Shown here piece by piece: positions 11,591 to 23,397 of a stretch of 64,000 nucleotides of DNA. This stretch comes from Balanoglossus misakiensis (lineage: Eukaryota > Animalia > Hemichordata). The notes below the pieces were generated by a model. It made no database searches, was not told where the DNA came from, and worked only from the letters and a program-made list of their open reading frames with translations. The stretch covers positions 10,219,918 to 10,283,917 of the forward strand of contig CM082595.2 in NCBI GenBank assembly GCA_040954595.2. Reading direction: 5' to 3'. A program made the translations under genes and the position numbers. Within the stretch, counting starts at the first letter, position 1. Each line of letters opens with the position of its first letter.

Positions 11591-14500
11591 TTAATTTTTG
11601 ACATCAATATAGAAATTAGCTTCTAGCAAGCACACTTTCCTGACATCTCTTCTTAGTCTTCCTGTAGACGTCTTGATGAGAACTTGTCGGTTGTTACCAT
11701 ATCGATCTGGAAACGTCTGCTCCACAAGTCCCTTCTGCCAATGTCCGCGACTGGCGTTTTCATCTACGATGAGTACGAAGTCACCGATAGCTAGGTTTCT
11801 TCTCGGCCGCAACCATTTCTGTCTTTCTTGGAGAGAAGGTAGATACTCACGGACCCATCGCTTCCAGAACGTATCTGCTAGACACTGAGCTTCTTTCCTT
11901 CTCTCGTGGATTCCAAAGTACTTAGATTCATCTGGTGATGTACTTGGGTTGCATCGCAGTAACAATAGTGTGCTGGGGGTTAGCGGTTCAAGGTCGTTGG
12001 GGTCATCGGATAGATAAACCAGGGGACGATCGTTGAGAATCTTTTCTACTTCTGCCAGGAACGTCAGTAGGGTTTCATCATCTACCAATTTGTTTCCCAT
12101 CAAGGAGCGCAGAATTTTCCGGACGGAACGAATCATCCGCTCCCATACACCACCTGCATGACTCGCTGATGGGGGGTTAAAATGCCATTGTATTTCCTTC
12201 TTTCTTAGGCTATCCGTTATCCGTTCTTGGTTCCACTTTTCCAGAGAGTATTTAACTTCACGCTCAGCTCCTCTGAAGTTTGTTCCATTATCGCTGAACA
12301 GCTCTCTGGGATTTCCACGTCGACTTACAAATCGCCAAACTGCTTGGATGAACGAATCTGTAGACAGACTATGTGACACTTCTATATGGACAGCTCTGAT
12401 TGCAAGACAGGTAAAAACGCATCCGTATCTTTTTGCGGTACCTCTTCTCCATTTCACATACAATGGCCCAAAGTAGTCAATACCAACAGAAGAGAATGGA
12501 GGCTGTCTTGGTATCACTCTGGCGGCAGGAAGTGGGGCCATTAGTTGGTTACCTGGCTTTGCATTCCAGCGCTTGCATACAATACATCTGCCTACTGCTC
12601 TTCTTACTGTAGCCAGTCCACGTAGAATCCAGAACTTTTCTCTGACGGCTGCCAACAGCTGATTCGCACCAACATGACCTTCTCTTTCGTGGTAATGTCG
12701 TACGACCAATTCTGTCACTGGATGGTTATGAGGCAAGATAATTGGGTGCTTCTCAGTATTCTTTATGGGTGCATGGTCGAGTCTGCCACCAACGCATAAC
12801 ACATCATCTATAATCATCGGCGTGAGTTTCCGCAAAGGACTGATGTAACCTTCGCTATCAGGACTTTCACTGGTGGATTTTGAACTGGATGCCATTTCTC
12901 TTGGAAACATCTTGCGCTGCACCATTTTGACGACTGCTAATGTAGCTGAAGACAATTCATCGACTGTTAAGGGACCTGTTGCCATTTTCTGATCTCGGCC
13001 AGTACGATTCTTCAGGTAAGTTTTGTAACGTAGCAACCAAGCAATCAATTTCTGCAACTTGTACCAGCTTGAATATCTATTCAACAGAAGGTCGACGATT
13101 TGGTCTTCGGTTTTACTTCTGGTACTTGTACTACATACTTGGGCTTTCCTCTTCAATTCTTTGTCATCGCTCGGTATTTCTGGTAGATCTATGGGATGCA
13201 CTGGCCAATTACTTTCAGGACGCCATAGGAACTCTGGACCCATTATCCAGGTTTTGGTTTGGTTACCATCTACATCTTCCAACTGAATGCCCCTTGATGC
13301 AAGATCTGCTGGATTGTGTTCAGAGGGAACGTGGCGCCATTGTGAAGGTGTTGACGAGTCGTTGATGGTCTGGATCCTATTGGCGACAAAGGTTTGAAAC
13401 CTCTTACCAGTATTACGTATATATTGGAGTACAATAGTCGAGTCAGTCCAGTAGACCACCTTGTGGATTGGTATTTGAAGTTCCTCCTGGATCTGTCTGC
13501 TAACCTTCACCGACACTGTAGCAGCTGTCAGTTCCAATCTTGGTATCGTCATGGTCTTGAGAGGTGTAACTCTGGACTTTCCCATTACGAGGCAGCAATG
13601 GATTCTGTCTTTTACATCCATTAGGCGGAGATACGAGGCCGTACCATATCCGTTTAATGATGCGTCCGAAAAATTGTGAAGTTCTACCATTTGTAGCTCA
13701 TCAAATTCTGGCGGTTTGTAGCACCGTGGTATCAATATTTCTCTCAGGTTAGATAATTTAGGCCACCATTTTCTCCATGCGATGATCTGTTGTTGAGGAA
13801 TCTCGTCATCCCAACCGCAATCACTTCTGCACAATTCTTGGAGAATTCGTTTTGCAGGCAGGACAAATGGAGCCGCAAACCCAAGTGGATCGTATATCGA
13901 TGCGACGCATGATAGAATACCTCGTCTGGTTTCTTCCTTCAGATGATTACCAACTCTGAAGCTGAACGTGTCCTTTCCTATATTCCACTCCACCCCGAGC
14001 GCTCTGTCGATGGGTTGTTCATCTATGGACATATTCACAACTGAAGGTGCTCTGTCAGTCGGCGGGATTGACTCTAAAACTTCTGTGCTGTTCGAAATCC
14101 ATTTGGTAATGTGGAAACCACCTCTTTCCAACATGGCGGACAGTTTACCAACTAAGTTGATAGCTGACTTTGTGGTAGGTGTAGACTTTAGACAATCATC
14201 TACGTAGAAATTCCTGTAGACTGTGTCCACGATCTGGGGTTCAAAATCAGCTCTGTTGTCATCAGCAGTTTTTCTCAGGGCATATGACGAGCAGCTGGGG
14301 GATGACTTGGCTCCAAAGAGATGCACCATCATTTGATAATCTTCAGGTTCCTTGGACAGATCACCACTTGGCCACCAAAGAAATCTCAGTACGTCTCTGT
14401 CTTTAGGATCAACTAGCACCTGATGAAACATTTGCTTGATGTCTGCGACTACAGCTATTGGCTCCTGTCGAAACCGGAGAAGAACTCCGATTAGTGAATT

Positions 14501-17500
14501 CATGAAGTCTGGCCCCTGTAGTAGTTGTTCATTTAGAGATGTTCCAGCATACTTGGCTGCACAGTCGAACACTACTCTGACTTTACCAGGTTTCTGAGGA
14601 TGAAAGACGGGATGATGAGGTAGGTACCACACAGGTCCGTTTGGTACCGATTCACTTTCTGGTACCTTTCTAGCGTGACCTTGTGATAGATAATCAGCGA
14701 TGGTGGCTTTATACTTCTCTAGAAGTGCAGGATCCTTCCGCAGGCGTCTTTTCAGGAGACTCAACCTCTTCAGTGCAACGCCCTTGTTGTTTGGTAGACA
14801 TGGATTGTCATATTTCCAAGGAAGTGCCATCCGATAATGACCATTATGGATACTGGCTGAATTGTCCATGATCGCTTTCGCTCTTCGGTCTTCTATGGAC
14901 AAAGTGTTGGCGGTATCGATCGATTCACTGAAGTCAATATTATACATACGCTGCAGCTTTGTAGAAATGGATTCCAAACACTGGAGTTGATTATCGCAAT
15001 TCAGACACTGGTCTACGTTGATAAAGTTGACCGTTGCATCTTGACCTCTGCTTCCACTCATCGGTCCCATAAGTGTCCAGCCAAGCAGCGTTTTTACAGC
15101 ATAGGGTTGTTTTCTCTGTCCACGTCTCTCCTCCAGCACCCAATGAGCTTCAGGTACATCATTGCCAATCAGAATGGTGATATCTTTATTCTCCAACTCA
15201 GGAAGTTCGATACCGTCAAGATGGGACCACTGTTTCACATCTCTTGAAGTTGGTATGCTTTTTGTTGAAATTGGTAAGATGTCGGTTGACCATACTTTGT
15301 CTAGGAGCACACCTTCACCACTATGGAGTCCTCTTACTTCAAGTTGCACTTCTCGTCCACACTTTTCTTTTTCTGCAGCTAGGGTTGTTAATGTGTAATT
15401 TATTGGCTTACCATTCAGTCCTAACTTGTCAATAAGACTGTTGAGGCATATAGTTGTGTCAGAACCGTTATCCAGAAATGCATAGGTCTCGACTTCTGCT
15501 CCACCATTGGTACCGGTTACTCTTACAGGGATGACTTGGAGACTAACACGTGGCTTGTTGGCATTTAGCGCTCCACACCTAGCGTTGTTACCGGCCCCAT
15601 TGACACCAACCGCTTCTTCATTAGTGGAGTTAGTTGATACACCTTTTGGACTGGTTACGAAAGCCTGCCCTGTCTGCTGGTTATCTGTCTGACATCGAGG
15701 CTGCAGAGTTGGTGGATGCAACAATGAGTGATGGCGTCTTCCACAACCATTAACATAACAAAACATACCACTTCTGCAGGTTCTAGCGAAATGGGGTGGT
15801 TGCGCCTCCAGACAACAATCACACAACTTCTTTTCTCTTACAAACTCTTTTCTCTCCTTGAAGGACTTTACAGCAAACTTTCGACATGTTGTAAGTTTGT
15901 GCTGACCTTGGCAAAATACACACAGTGGTCGATGCTGGATGGTAACATTATTGGTACACTTGCCTTTGGTTCGGTCTGCTGTATACTTCCCCATAGTGTC
16001 GCCTTCCCCTTGAATGGCTAACGTGGTAGCTTGAGTAGACTGGTTTGCCGACTTCCCTTTGAACTTGACCTTTGATTCTCTATCACCATCTGGTCTTGAC
16101 CCGATCAATCTACCAAACCTCGTATTGGCTATGGTTGCCTTCGCTTCCAGAAAGTTAGTTAAATGTACGAATTCTGGCTCTTGCTCACCTTCTATTAATT
16201 TACCAGCTTCTTTGGCCCACTCTGCTTGCAGATGAACTGGAAGACGTTTGACCACTTTTTCGAGTGTGTCCATGGAATTTATGTCTGCTTTGTAGTGCAT
16301 TTGTTCGGAAGTTAGATGGCAGTTTTTCATGTCCCGGGCCAGTTGCAGTAGCTTCTCTGTTTCGGATGCCTTGATTTGAGGACCTTTCACAACTTTGTCT
16401 ATAGTTGCTCTGATGATGACGTGCTTCTGACCAAAGTTCCGGTGGAGTATGCCTTTTGCTTCTCTGTATCCCCTATCTGATGGAAGAATGACACAATTTC
16501 GGATCGCTTCCCTCGCCTTTCCAGTACAGTGTTGGATGAGGTATGCGAGCTTGTCACTGTCATATTGAACTTTCTGTTCCACATTTACTTCAAAGTTCTT
16601 TATGAAAAGCGGATATATCACAGGATCTCCATCAAATGAAATGAATTCACGTTTGGGCATACTTAAGTTGAGAGCAATGGCTTGTGTGTTCTCATGCTGA
16701 TGATCAAGTACCTTCTCCATCATAATTTGTTGATGTTCCAATAATTGTCTTATCTGCTGTGACGTAACAGAACCACCATCATCACTCAACACATCACTCA
16801 ACTTTGACATGGGGCTGTCATTCGTCTTCGTACCACTTGGATTCAAGACTCTATTTAAGTTCGGGCGTTGACTCTTGACACTGGTGGTTACAGCATTTTC
16901 TCTTGGCGATTGCAAATACGACTGTAAATAGCGACTTACTTTTTCTGTTCTTCGTACTGTTGGTGGGCTAGAAAAGACATCATTATCGTTGAGCTCCAAT
17001 TCATTTTCTATTAGCTGGGCCTCTACTTCGGCTTGCTTGACTTTTGTCTGTGCTTCCAGAATTTTCAGTTCTGCTTGATATCTTTCTATTTCTTCTTCCA
17101 CTTTCAAGATACGTTTTTCCGATTCTTCTCTACGTTGCAACTCTTTCAATTGACGCTTGAGCTCTTCTTCTTTTTCAATCTGTTGTAGTTCAAGTTGAGC
17201 TATCGCAAGTTTTGCTTTCGCCTTCCTCGATGCTTGACTTGTCGTTGAACTTGCGACAGACTTGGTTTCAAGACGATCACCACGCTCACTGCTGCATTTT
17301 GACTCGTAGAATTTCGATCTGACGACTGGTTTCCCGACATCTGGTTTAGTTGTACCATTACCTGATTTCGACAGATGAGCTAAAGTAGGATTTGGATCAA
17401 AAGTAGTGCGTTTTCTCTCGCTGGGAAAACCATTACTCACAGTACTTTCTTTGGATTCAACAGGTTGCTGTAACCGCTGCATTGGAGTTAACAAACCTTT

Positions 17501-17869
17501 GTCTGACATCCACTGTCTAATACCACGATCCAACGTATCTCTCCTCTTAACTTCAAAGTCTACATTTCTGTCAAGTTTTTCTCTATCAGGCGTAGATATA
17601 AACTGCCGGAATTCATAACAAGTCGTTTTGAACGAATCCAGTATTCCATCCAAAGCACAGCACTTCTGTCTAATTTCCTCAATTGGCGCGGATAACCTCA
17701 TCAATTTCTCTATTTCATTGTATAATCGTGTCAAATGTCCACGGTATGCGACCGCTGACCTTCGTAATTGACTAAGAGACTGCATACCTGTATGTGCAGC
17801 AACACCACTGTAAGAACCAACTGGTAACTGTTCAAGGTTTTCAAGTCCCCGTGGGTTCCGGTGGTCCAT
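11591..17869 (-). CDS. BEL/Pao Gag-Pol polyprotein (~2092 aa from the first ATG; frame is open to 18034)
   Basis: Coiled-coil Gag, three Cys/His knuckles (CVFCQGQH..C etc.), protease FLDNGS, RT WYLPHHPV / VVFDCAAK / FYVDD, RNase H FSDAS / WTDS, integrase GHVG..C..C, GIDYFGP, SDNGTNF, GGVWERM; PR-RT-RH-IN order; no stops. Confidence 0.97.
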   Translation of the reverse strand: MDHRNPRGLENLEQLPVGSYSGVAAHTGMQSLSQLRRSAVAYRGHLTRLYNEIEKLMRLSAPIEEIRQKCCALDGILDSFKTTCYEFRQFISTPDREKLDRNVDFEVKRRDTLDRGIRQWMSDKGLLTPMQRLQQPVESKESTVSNGFPSERKRTTFDPNPTLAHLSKSGNGTTKPDVGKPVVRSKFYESKCSSERGDRLETKSVASSTTSQASRKAKAKLAIAQLELQQIEKEEELKRQLKELQRREESEKRILKVEEEIERYQAELKILEAQTKVKQAEVEAQLIENELELNDNDVFSSPPTVRRTEKVSRYLQSYLQSPRENAVTTSVKSQRPNLNRVLNPSGTKTNDSPMSKLSDVLSDDGGSVTSQQIRQLLEHQQIMMEKVLDHQHENTQAIALNLSMPKREFISFDGDPVIYPLFIKNFEVNVEQKVQYDSDKLAYLIQHCTGKAREAIRNCVILPSDRGYREAKGILHRNFGQKHVIIRATIDKVVKGPQIKASETEKLLQLARDMKNCHLTSEQMHYKADINSMDTLEKVVKRLPVHLQAEWAKEAGKLIEGEQEPEFVHLTNFLEAKATIANTRFGRLIGSRPDGDRESKVKFKGKSANQSTQATTLAIQGEGDTMGKYTADRTKGKCTNNVTIQHRPLCVFCQGQHKLTTCRKFAVKSFKERKEFVREKKLCDCCLEAQPPHFARTCRSGMFCYVNGCGRRHHSLLHPPTLQPRCQTDNQQTGQAFVTSPKGVSTNSTNEEAVGVNGAGNNARCGALNANKPRVSLQVIPVRVTGTNGGAEVETYAFLDNGSDTTICLNSLIDKLGLNGKPINYTLTTLAAEKEKCGREVQLEVRGLHSGEGVLLDKVWSTDILPISTKSIPTSRDVKQWSHLDGIELPELENKDITILIGNDVPEAHWVLEERRGQRKQPYAVKTLLGWTLMGPMSGSRGQDATVNFINVDQCLNCDNQLQCLESISTKLQRMYNIDFSESIDTANTLSIEDRRAKAIMDNSASIHNGHYRMALPWKYDNPCLPNNKGVALKRLSLLKRRLRKDPALLEKYKATIADYLSQGHARKVPESESVPNGPVWYLPHHPVFHPQKPGKVRVVFDCAAKYAGTSLNEQLLQGPDFMNSLIGVLLRFRQEPIAVVADIKQMFHQVLVDPKDRDVLRFLWWPSGDLSKEPEDYQMMVHLFGAKSSPSCSSYALRKTADDNRADFEPQIVDTVYRNFYVDDCLKSTPTTKSAINLVGKLSAMLERGGFHITKWISNSTEVLESIPPTDRAPSVVNMSIDEQPIDRALGVEWNIGKDTFSFRVGNHLKEETRRGILSCVASIYDPLGFAAPFVLPAKRILQELCRSDCGWDDEIPQQQIIAWRKWWPKLSNLREILIPRCYKPPEFDELQMVELHNFSDASLNGYGTASYLRLMDVKDRIHCCLVMGKSRVTPLKTMTIPRLELTAATVSVKVSRQIQEELQIPIHKVVYWTDSTIVLQYIRNTGKRFQTFVANRIQTINDSSTPSQWRHVPSEHNPADLASRGIQLEDVDGNQTKTWIMGPEFLWRPESNWPVHPIDLPEIPSDDKELKRKAQVCSTSTRSKTEDQIVDLLLNRYSSWYKLQKLIAWLLRYKTYLKNRTGRDQKMATGPLTVDELSSATLAVVKMVQRKMFPREMASSSKSTSESPDSEGYISPLRKLTPMIIDDVLCVGGRLDHAPIKNTEKHPIILPHNHPVTELVVRHYHEREGHVGANQLLAAVREKFWILRGLATVRRAVGRCIVCKRWNAKPGNQLMAPLPAARVIPRQPPFSSVGIDYFGPLYVKWRRGTAKRYGCVFTCLAIRAVHIEVSHSLSTDSFIQAVWRFVSRRGNPRELFSDNGTNFRGAEREVKYSLEKWNQERITDSLRKKEIQWHFNPPSASHAGGVWERMIRSVRKILRSLMGNKLVDDETLLTFLAEVEKILNDRPLVYLSDDPNDLEPLTPSTLLLLRCNPSTSPDESKYFGIHERRKEAQCLADTFWKRWVREYLPSLQERQKWLRPRRNLAIGDFVLIVDENASRGHWQKGLVEQTFPDRYGNNRQVLIKTSTGRLRRDVRKVCLLEANFYIDVKN

Positions 17870-17949
17870 GACTTCTTCGTTGTCTTGCACCTCTGACGAC
17901 TCTCGGGATTGGTCGACTTCTTGACAAGTTGACGATATCTGAGAACTAA

Positions 17950-18630
17950 TGTAGGATCTCTTGGCCCTACACGGACTCAATATCACTCCAAACTTCAACC
18001 ACTCGAGACACTCGTACTTGTACGTAATCCACAACCATGAATAAAGTTCGATGTTCTTTAATGCACACTGGTTTCCGAATGTTTACATAACTTTTGCGTA
18101 CATACAGCGAATTACGGACAGCAAATTACGGTTCTAAATGAAATGGGACAAAAGGGAAAAATAGGAAACTCAAAGAAAGTACAATATGCGTTGTCAAATA
18201 CACAAAAGTAAATTCAATAAAGTTCTAGTAAGCTTGACTGCCACGCCCTTGACTGCCACGCCCAAGAAACTACAAAACGCTGACGTGGCCGCAGTAATGA
18301 CACGTCGGGAATTCACAATGAAACTACTTGCTTGAAGTCCCACGGAAGTTGCGTCCAAAAAACGGTATGCGAAAATAATTGACAAAACTTGACTCGCTTA
18401 CCTCAGATAGTGACGCCTTTGGGGTGATACCGAAGCTGCTGACGTTGACTCAACGAAACGACAAAATTTAACCATACGTGTACGACGCTGAAACCCGCGT
18501 CCGTACAACACCACTTTGGACTGAGTGCATGCGGGCAAACTTTCACCGCTACTTATATAAACCTCATTTACATAGCAGGTGGCATACAAAATGTCAGCCA
18601 CCAATAGAAACGCAACAGTCAGCACTTACA
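17950..18630 (-). repeat. 5' LTR of the BEL/Pao element
   Basis: Reads TGTAAG...CCTACA on the minus strand, with candidate TATATAA at ~18553-18559 and ATTAAA at 18057-18062. Confidence 0.95.
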
Positions 18631-18990
18631 ATTTTGTTAGTGACATTCTCGTGTTGGATGACCTACAACACTTTGTATTCATTAATTCATTGCATAAGTA
18701 GAGGTGAAATATTTAAATAATAACACATGTTAGCGAGGGCAATATCATGATCTTTGGCCTGCACAAGGGATGGTGATTGGAGTCAATTTTTTCCCCACAT
18801 CAATCACTTGGTGCCATGTTTCAAAACTCACGCACTGTGGAGTTCCAGTTTGTGAATAACAGCCAGGAAGCATACATATCTCTCTTCAGAATAATGTCTG
18901 GAGGATTTGTAAGTATTATCTTATAATTGCACTGTAAAATTAAAGGATCATGTCAATTGTACTGCCATGCACCTGCAACTGACCCTCCAC

Positions 18991-19113
18991 ATATGAATGA
19001 ATGTCACAGTGGTGGAAATGCATGTCAACACTGTTGTATGAATACCCATGGTAGTTATCTCTGCGCTTGCAGACCAGGATTCTATCTGCTGGAAGATGGC
19101 CATGCATGTGGCG
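18991..19113 (+). pseudogene. Calcium-binding EGF exon 1 (copy 1, splice acceptor lost)
   Basis: DMNECHSGGNACQHCCMNTHGSYLCACRPGFYLLEDGHACG|gtatgt; preceded by ...CCAC rather than ...CCAG. Confidence 0.85.
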
Positions 19114-19130
19114 GTATGTAACTGTGGATT

Positions 19131-20075
19131 TTGGTCTCTTCTGTGGCTACATTGTTTGGGGATTGTATATTGCTATGGTTACAATCAGCTAAACATTGGT
19201 CTCTTCTGTGGCTACATTGTTTGGGGATTGTATATTGCTATGGTTACAATCAGTTAAACATTGGTCTCTTCTGTAGTGCCTTTCTCACGTGCCGTCAACG
19301 CCGCCCCAGCGGCTGCCCTAGGGCGGCGTTAATTTGTAAGTGCCACGTGTGAAAAAGTGAGAGCGGCCCTGCGCCGCTCTTTTTTGTGACGGTGTTGAGG
19401 GGTGGGACCTGGGTCGGGGCGCCGCACTAAACAGCGATTCAAATCACGTGTGAACAGAAACACCGCACTAAACGCCGATCTAAACGCACTCTGCCGGCGC
19501 GGTTTGTCTCATTAAGCGCTGCATTAAGCGTTGAGGTTCACTTTACTAAAACAATGGCCGAAGCAGTGTCTCGAGGCAACAATTGGAGTGACGCAGAAAT
19601 GGCCAAGGCACATACAAAGGAATTGCAAACTCGACCTCCGACGACGATTTAGTAGCATGGACTGCAGACTTCCAGGCGCAACCTCCAATGAAAGGTTACC
19701 ATAAACCGGTATCGGTTCATTCAAATGCCCATGAAATCGGCGTCGGCGACGTTTAAAAAGCAAATTCAGGAGTACCATATACAGTAGCTCTGGACTTATA
19801 CGCTGTTTGGGTATAAGTCCAGAGCTACATATACAGTAAACACATCACTGAATCCGCCATTGCGACCTTTAGCCACGCTGCTGTGGACGCATTGAGTGCG
19901 GTGATCCCGTCCCTTTTATACACATGTGAATGCAAAACTATTTGAGTCGCTGATAAGAAATGTTTACCAACTTTTATAATCCCAAAAAGGGCGCCCTAAT
20001 CATTGCACGTGTGCAAGCGACTTGTGGCTACACTGTTTGGGGATTGCATATTGCTATGGTTACAATCAGCTAAAC
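19131..20075 (+). repeat. Three tandem 65-bp units (third split by a MITE); intact at 38293-38489
   Basis: TTGGTCTCTTCTGTGGCTACATTGTTTGGGGATTG... starts at 19131, 19196 and 19261. Confidence 0.85.
19275..20022. mobile_element. PIF/Harbinger-like MITE, copy-1 specific
   Basis: Imperfect 18-bp TIR AGTGCCTTTCTCACGTGC / GCACGTGTGCAAGCGACT, 3-bp TSD TGT, empty site in copy 2 (~38434); small palindrome nested at ~19780-19838. Confidence 0.7.
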
Positions 20076-21015
20076 ACACATCCTGTCTATCCATTGCACA
20101 CATTTTAAAATTTGTAATCAACCGCACACTTGTACTGAACACATGTTTGTTGAAATTGTATCTTAGAATTGTTCCAATTATAATTATGCATAATATAAAC
20201 AAATTAACAAATGTGAAAACTTATCTTTGAAAATGTGTTTGCAAGGGTGAAGAAGTAATCTGTATTTTAAAAATCAGACAAAGTTTTGCTGACAGGGTAC
20301 ACAAGTTTCAGGGGATTTTGGAGAGAGTGTTAAAATTCCTAGGAAGAGATTGCCATGGATATTGAGGACTTTGGTGTAAACACAATTAATTGATCAAGAA
20401 ATATGTGGTTAAGAATATGTGTCATCAACCTCACACGACACTGTAAGACTGTCTGATATATTCATGTACAAGTATTTTCACTACTTATTTGCATAATTCA
20501 ATGAAATTAACATAAATTATCAACCTATAGCTAAGTAAATTACCTCTGCAAAGAATAAATATACACTTAGAAAATTCATATAGTTTTCATCTCATTACAA
20601 AATGCTTCTCTGAGGGGACAGTAATTTTTAACGGGTATATTCTTGATAACTCATCACCGTGAATGATCATTTCAAAACTTAACAAGGCATATGGCTAAAG
20701 AGGATTCAGTGTTTGTGCACCTTCTATCCACAATGCTGGATCTATTGACAGTTTTCAAAGGGGTTTTTAAGACTCGTCCTTTTATTCAGCACTATTTCAT
20801 TCCATTGCTTTTTTGGTTTATAGGGATTGTCTTTCAGAACTGTTTCTGTTTGTTTGGGGTTTTTAAGTGTAATTTTTATCCTTTAAGCTTTCACTTGTTT
20901 TCTAATTTTATTATTTTCTGTAGAAAATGCACTGAGATGTATGTGTATTACTTTTGTTAGGAAATAAATAATAATAAATTTATTAATAATAACTACCTTT
21001 GATTTCAGATTTCAG

Positions 21016-21136
21016 ATTTTTCTCAATGAATATATGGAGAGAGCAGATCTTTGTGGAGGCCAGTGTGTGAATACAGCAGGCTCTTTTTATTGCACTTGTG
21101 CTGTGGAATATTGATTGGTCAATGGAGAGTGTACAG
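21016..21136 (+). pseudogene. Calcium-binding EGF exon 2 with premature stop (copy 1)
   Basis: NEYMERADLCGGQCVNTAGSFYCTCAVEY*LVNGECT|gtaag; first Cys lost; in-frame TGA. Confidence 0.85.
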
Positions 21137-22907
21137 GTAAGATCAACACAATATAGAAATAATGCACAACGCCCTGACCATTAACGTTTGTTTTTGGGCA
21201 AGGGCGAGGGGAAAGCCAAAAATTCATGGGCAAGGCTTCTGAGCCCATGAAATTTGGCTTTCCTAGAGCCCGAGCCCTACATTTATTTCCATTACATTAC
21301 CAACAATCTCAAGAAAACCATCAATATTTATGAAAATGTCCCACACACAAGACTAGGGGCCCCAGAACTTGTGTTATGCAAAATGTTGTGTTCACTGAAC
21401 TATTTGCTAATATTACTATTCAGATTTACGGGCATGTAAACAAACCATTACTGGGTATTTGTGGTCAGTGATGTCGTTCATCTTGCCCAATGGTAATATA
21501 ATATGTGGGCAACGAAAGGTCCTATATCTGTAACTTTTGAATTTTTATTCAGTATTATGCTTGTTATCAACCATCATTTCTTGTTCAGCTCGGTGAAGCA
21601 GGGTAAGCAATGTTGTTATTGTTTAAAAATTGTATTCAAGCCTGGGTCTGGACTTGGATGCAATTTGTCAATAATAACAGTGATTGGTAACTGCATGTTT
21701 TCATAACTGGCTATCTGTTAAAGAGACCATTTGCTGTGTGTACAGTACACATGCCATTGGCAGCTTATGGGTCAGCCAGTGTTTGCCTGTTAATCTCTCG
21801 TTGTGTATGTGTGTCTGTACAGTCAGATCGCATGGTACTCATTAACATATGTTAATGAGGGAAAGTACTTCATACCATGTAGCCGTTACCGTGGGCCCCG
21901 CTGAAGGGTCGCGAAATAGGCCATTTTTTTACGCGACATTATAGACCTGATTTCAGGCGAACAGGACTGTGTACAAAATTGAGTATAGACAACTCAGGTT
22001 TTAAAGGATTTTCATCATTTCCACTGTGTCAATGTCAGTACATCCTTGCTATGAGAAAAAGCCATCCCTTGTGTACTTCGTGCTTATCGCGGGCAAACAA
22101 TTTGTTTAAAATCCCTGATTTTGATATGGTGCAAACATTTCACCAACAAACTAACACACCATTTGCCCTTACTCAAGACAGCCTGATTTGTTTGAAATGA
22201 TATAAAACATTTGTTGCTTTAGCGGAAAAAGCAAGGTGTAGTATTCAACAAGGCCTAATTATGTCGAGTGATATAGCACTTGCTGAAGAAATTAAAAAAT
22301 ATGTCACAATGCTACAAAAAGGCTGCAGCTGTGACACCGACTTGGTGAATTTTGCATGCTGGAAAACTGCTGTCTTTTTAGGAGAAGTGCTCCTCAGAAA
22401 ACACGCCATTCTATTGTTTGACGTCAGGCAATATTTCAATGATTGTTTAGATGATGAATATCAGACTTTGCGACCCAAGGTCAAGGTACAACCAGTGGAA
22501 TTCCACAGAAAACCTAATAGCTGGCTTATTCGGGAATTTCTATGTGTGTATTATCCAATTCACTTTTCTGTTGTATCAAAAGTGAGTAGAAAGTTCTCCA
22601 CCTTTTTGTACCGAACGGGTTCAGATCTCACTATTCCCTCCAAAATGCACTTGTCGAACATCCCCAGTATGTTGTGCAAGCTGAGAAACAGATAGAGAGG
22701 CTTGAAAAGCAAGTATGAGACTTGAGTAAAGTTGACGTTGACTTTTTCAAAATGCTTGATTTGGTGGCTGTGAAATTAAATGTCAGCATTTATCAGCAAT
22801 CTTAAAAATTCAGTAATTACTGCAAAACAAACACAGTTGATCTGAGTACATTTGATGTTGAATATATTGTCAGTGAGATTGACCCTGTGTTATGGAATAC
22901 TATTTTT

Positions 22908-23397
22908 ATATATAATCCCATGATATTTTTCTTTGTTTGACGTCATCGTATACGAGTGTTTTCGCAGAGCCGTGCAACTTCGAGCTGTAGGCAAGAAGTT
23001 GCTAGACTCCGCGAAAACCACGAGTATACGATGACGTTAAATAAAGAAAAATATCATGGGATTATATATTTATCACATGAACAGTCTTCTTATTTTTCGT
23101 TAGAAGAGGTAGGATACAATATTCCAATATCCCGCTATAATATTCGAGCGGCCTTGTAGTTTATTTAGCGGGATTACGTTCTTTCCCCTGTGCAACGATC
23201 TGTGGCCCCAACGAGATATGCTAATTATGGAATCACTTTCATTCATAAAGTGAAATCGACTTTCAAGTTTTTACACTTTTGCGTCTTGTCTACCAATCAG
23301 ATTCGCGGAGTCAGTCACATGGGCCAGAATTTTGATACATTCTGCCTGTCAATCATTGTCTCGCGCTGTGTACATGTCAACACAACGTCCTAGCAAT
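22908..23397 (+). mobile_element. Hairpin-headed (Crypton-like) element, family 3, truncated copy
   Basis: Hairpin TATAATCCCATGATATTTTTC...GAAAAATATCATGGGATTATA, then TTATCACATGAAC; interrupts the transposase frame; 3' part deleted relative to copy 2. Confidence 0.6.

Larger units (their letters stand above)
10629..18630 (-). mobile_element. Full-length BEL/Pao LTR retrotransposon
   Basis: Two 681-bp TG...CA LTRs, 5-bp TSD ATTTT (10624-10628, 18631-18635), single gag-pol ORF, empty site at 36940-36944. Confidence 0.97.

Noticed and set aside
11673-17618. Numerous plus-strand ORFs overlapping gag-pol
   Set aside because: Antisense shadow frames of a long coding sequence, with no recognisable domains
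17870-18034. Track start of the 2147-aa ORF
   Set aside because: It begins at a non-ATG codon inside the LTR; the first ATG at 17869 is the more plausible start
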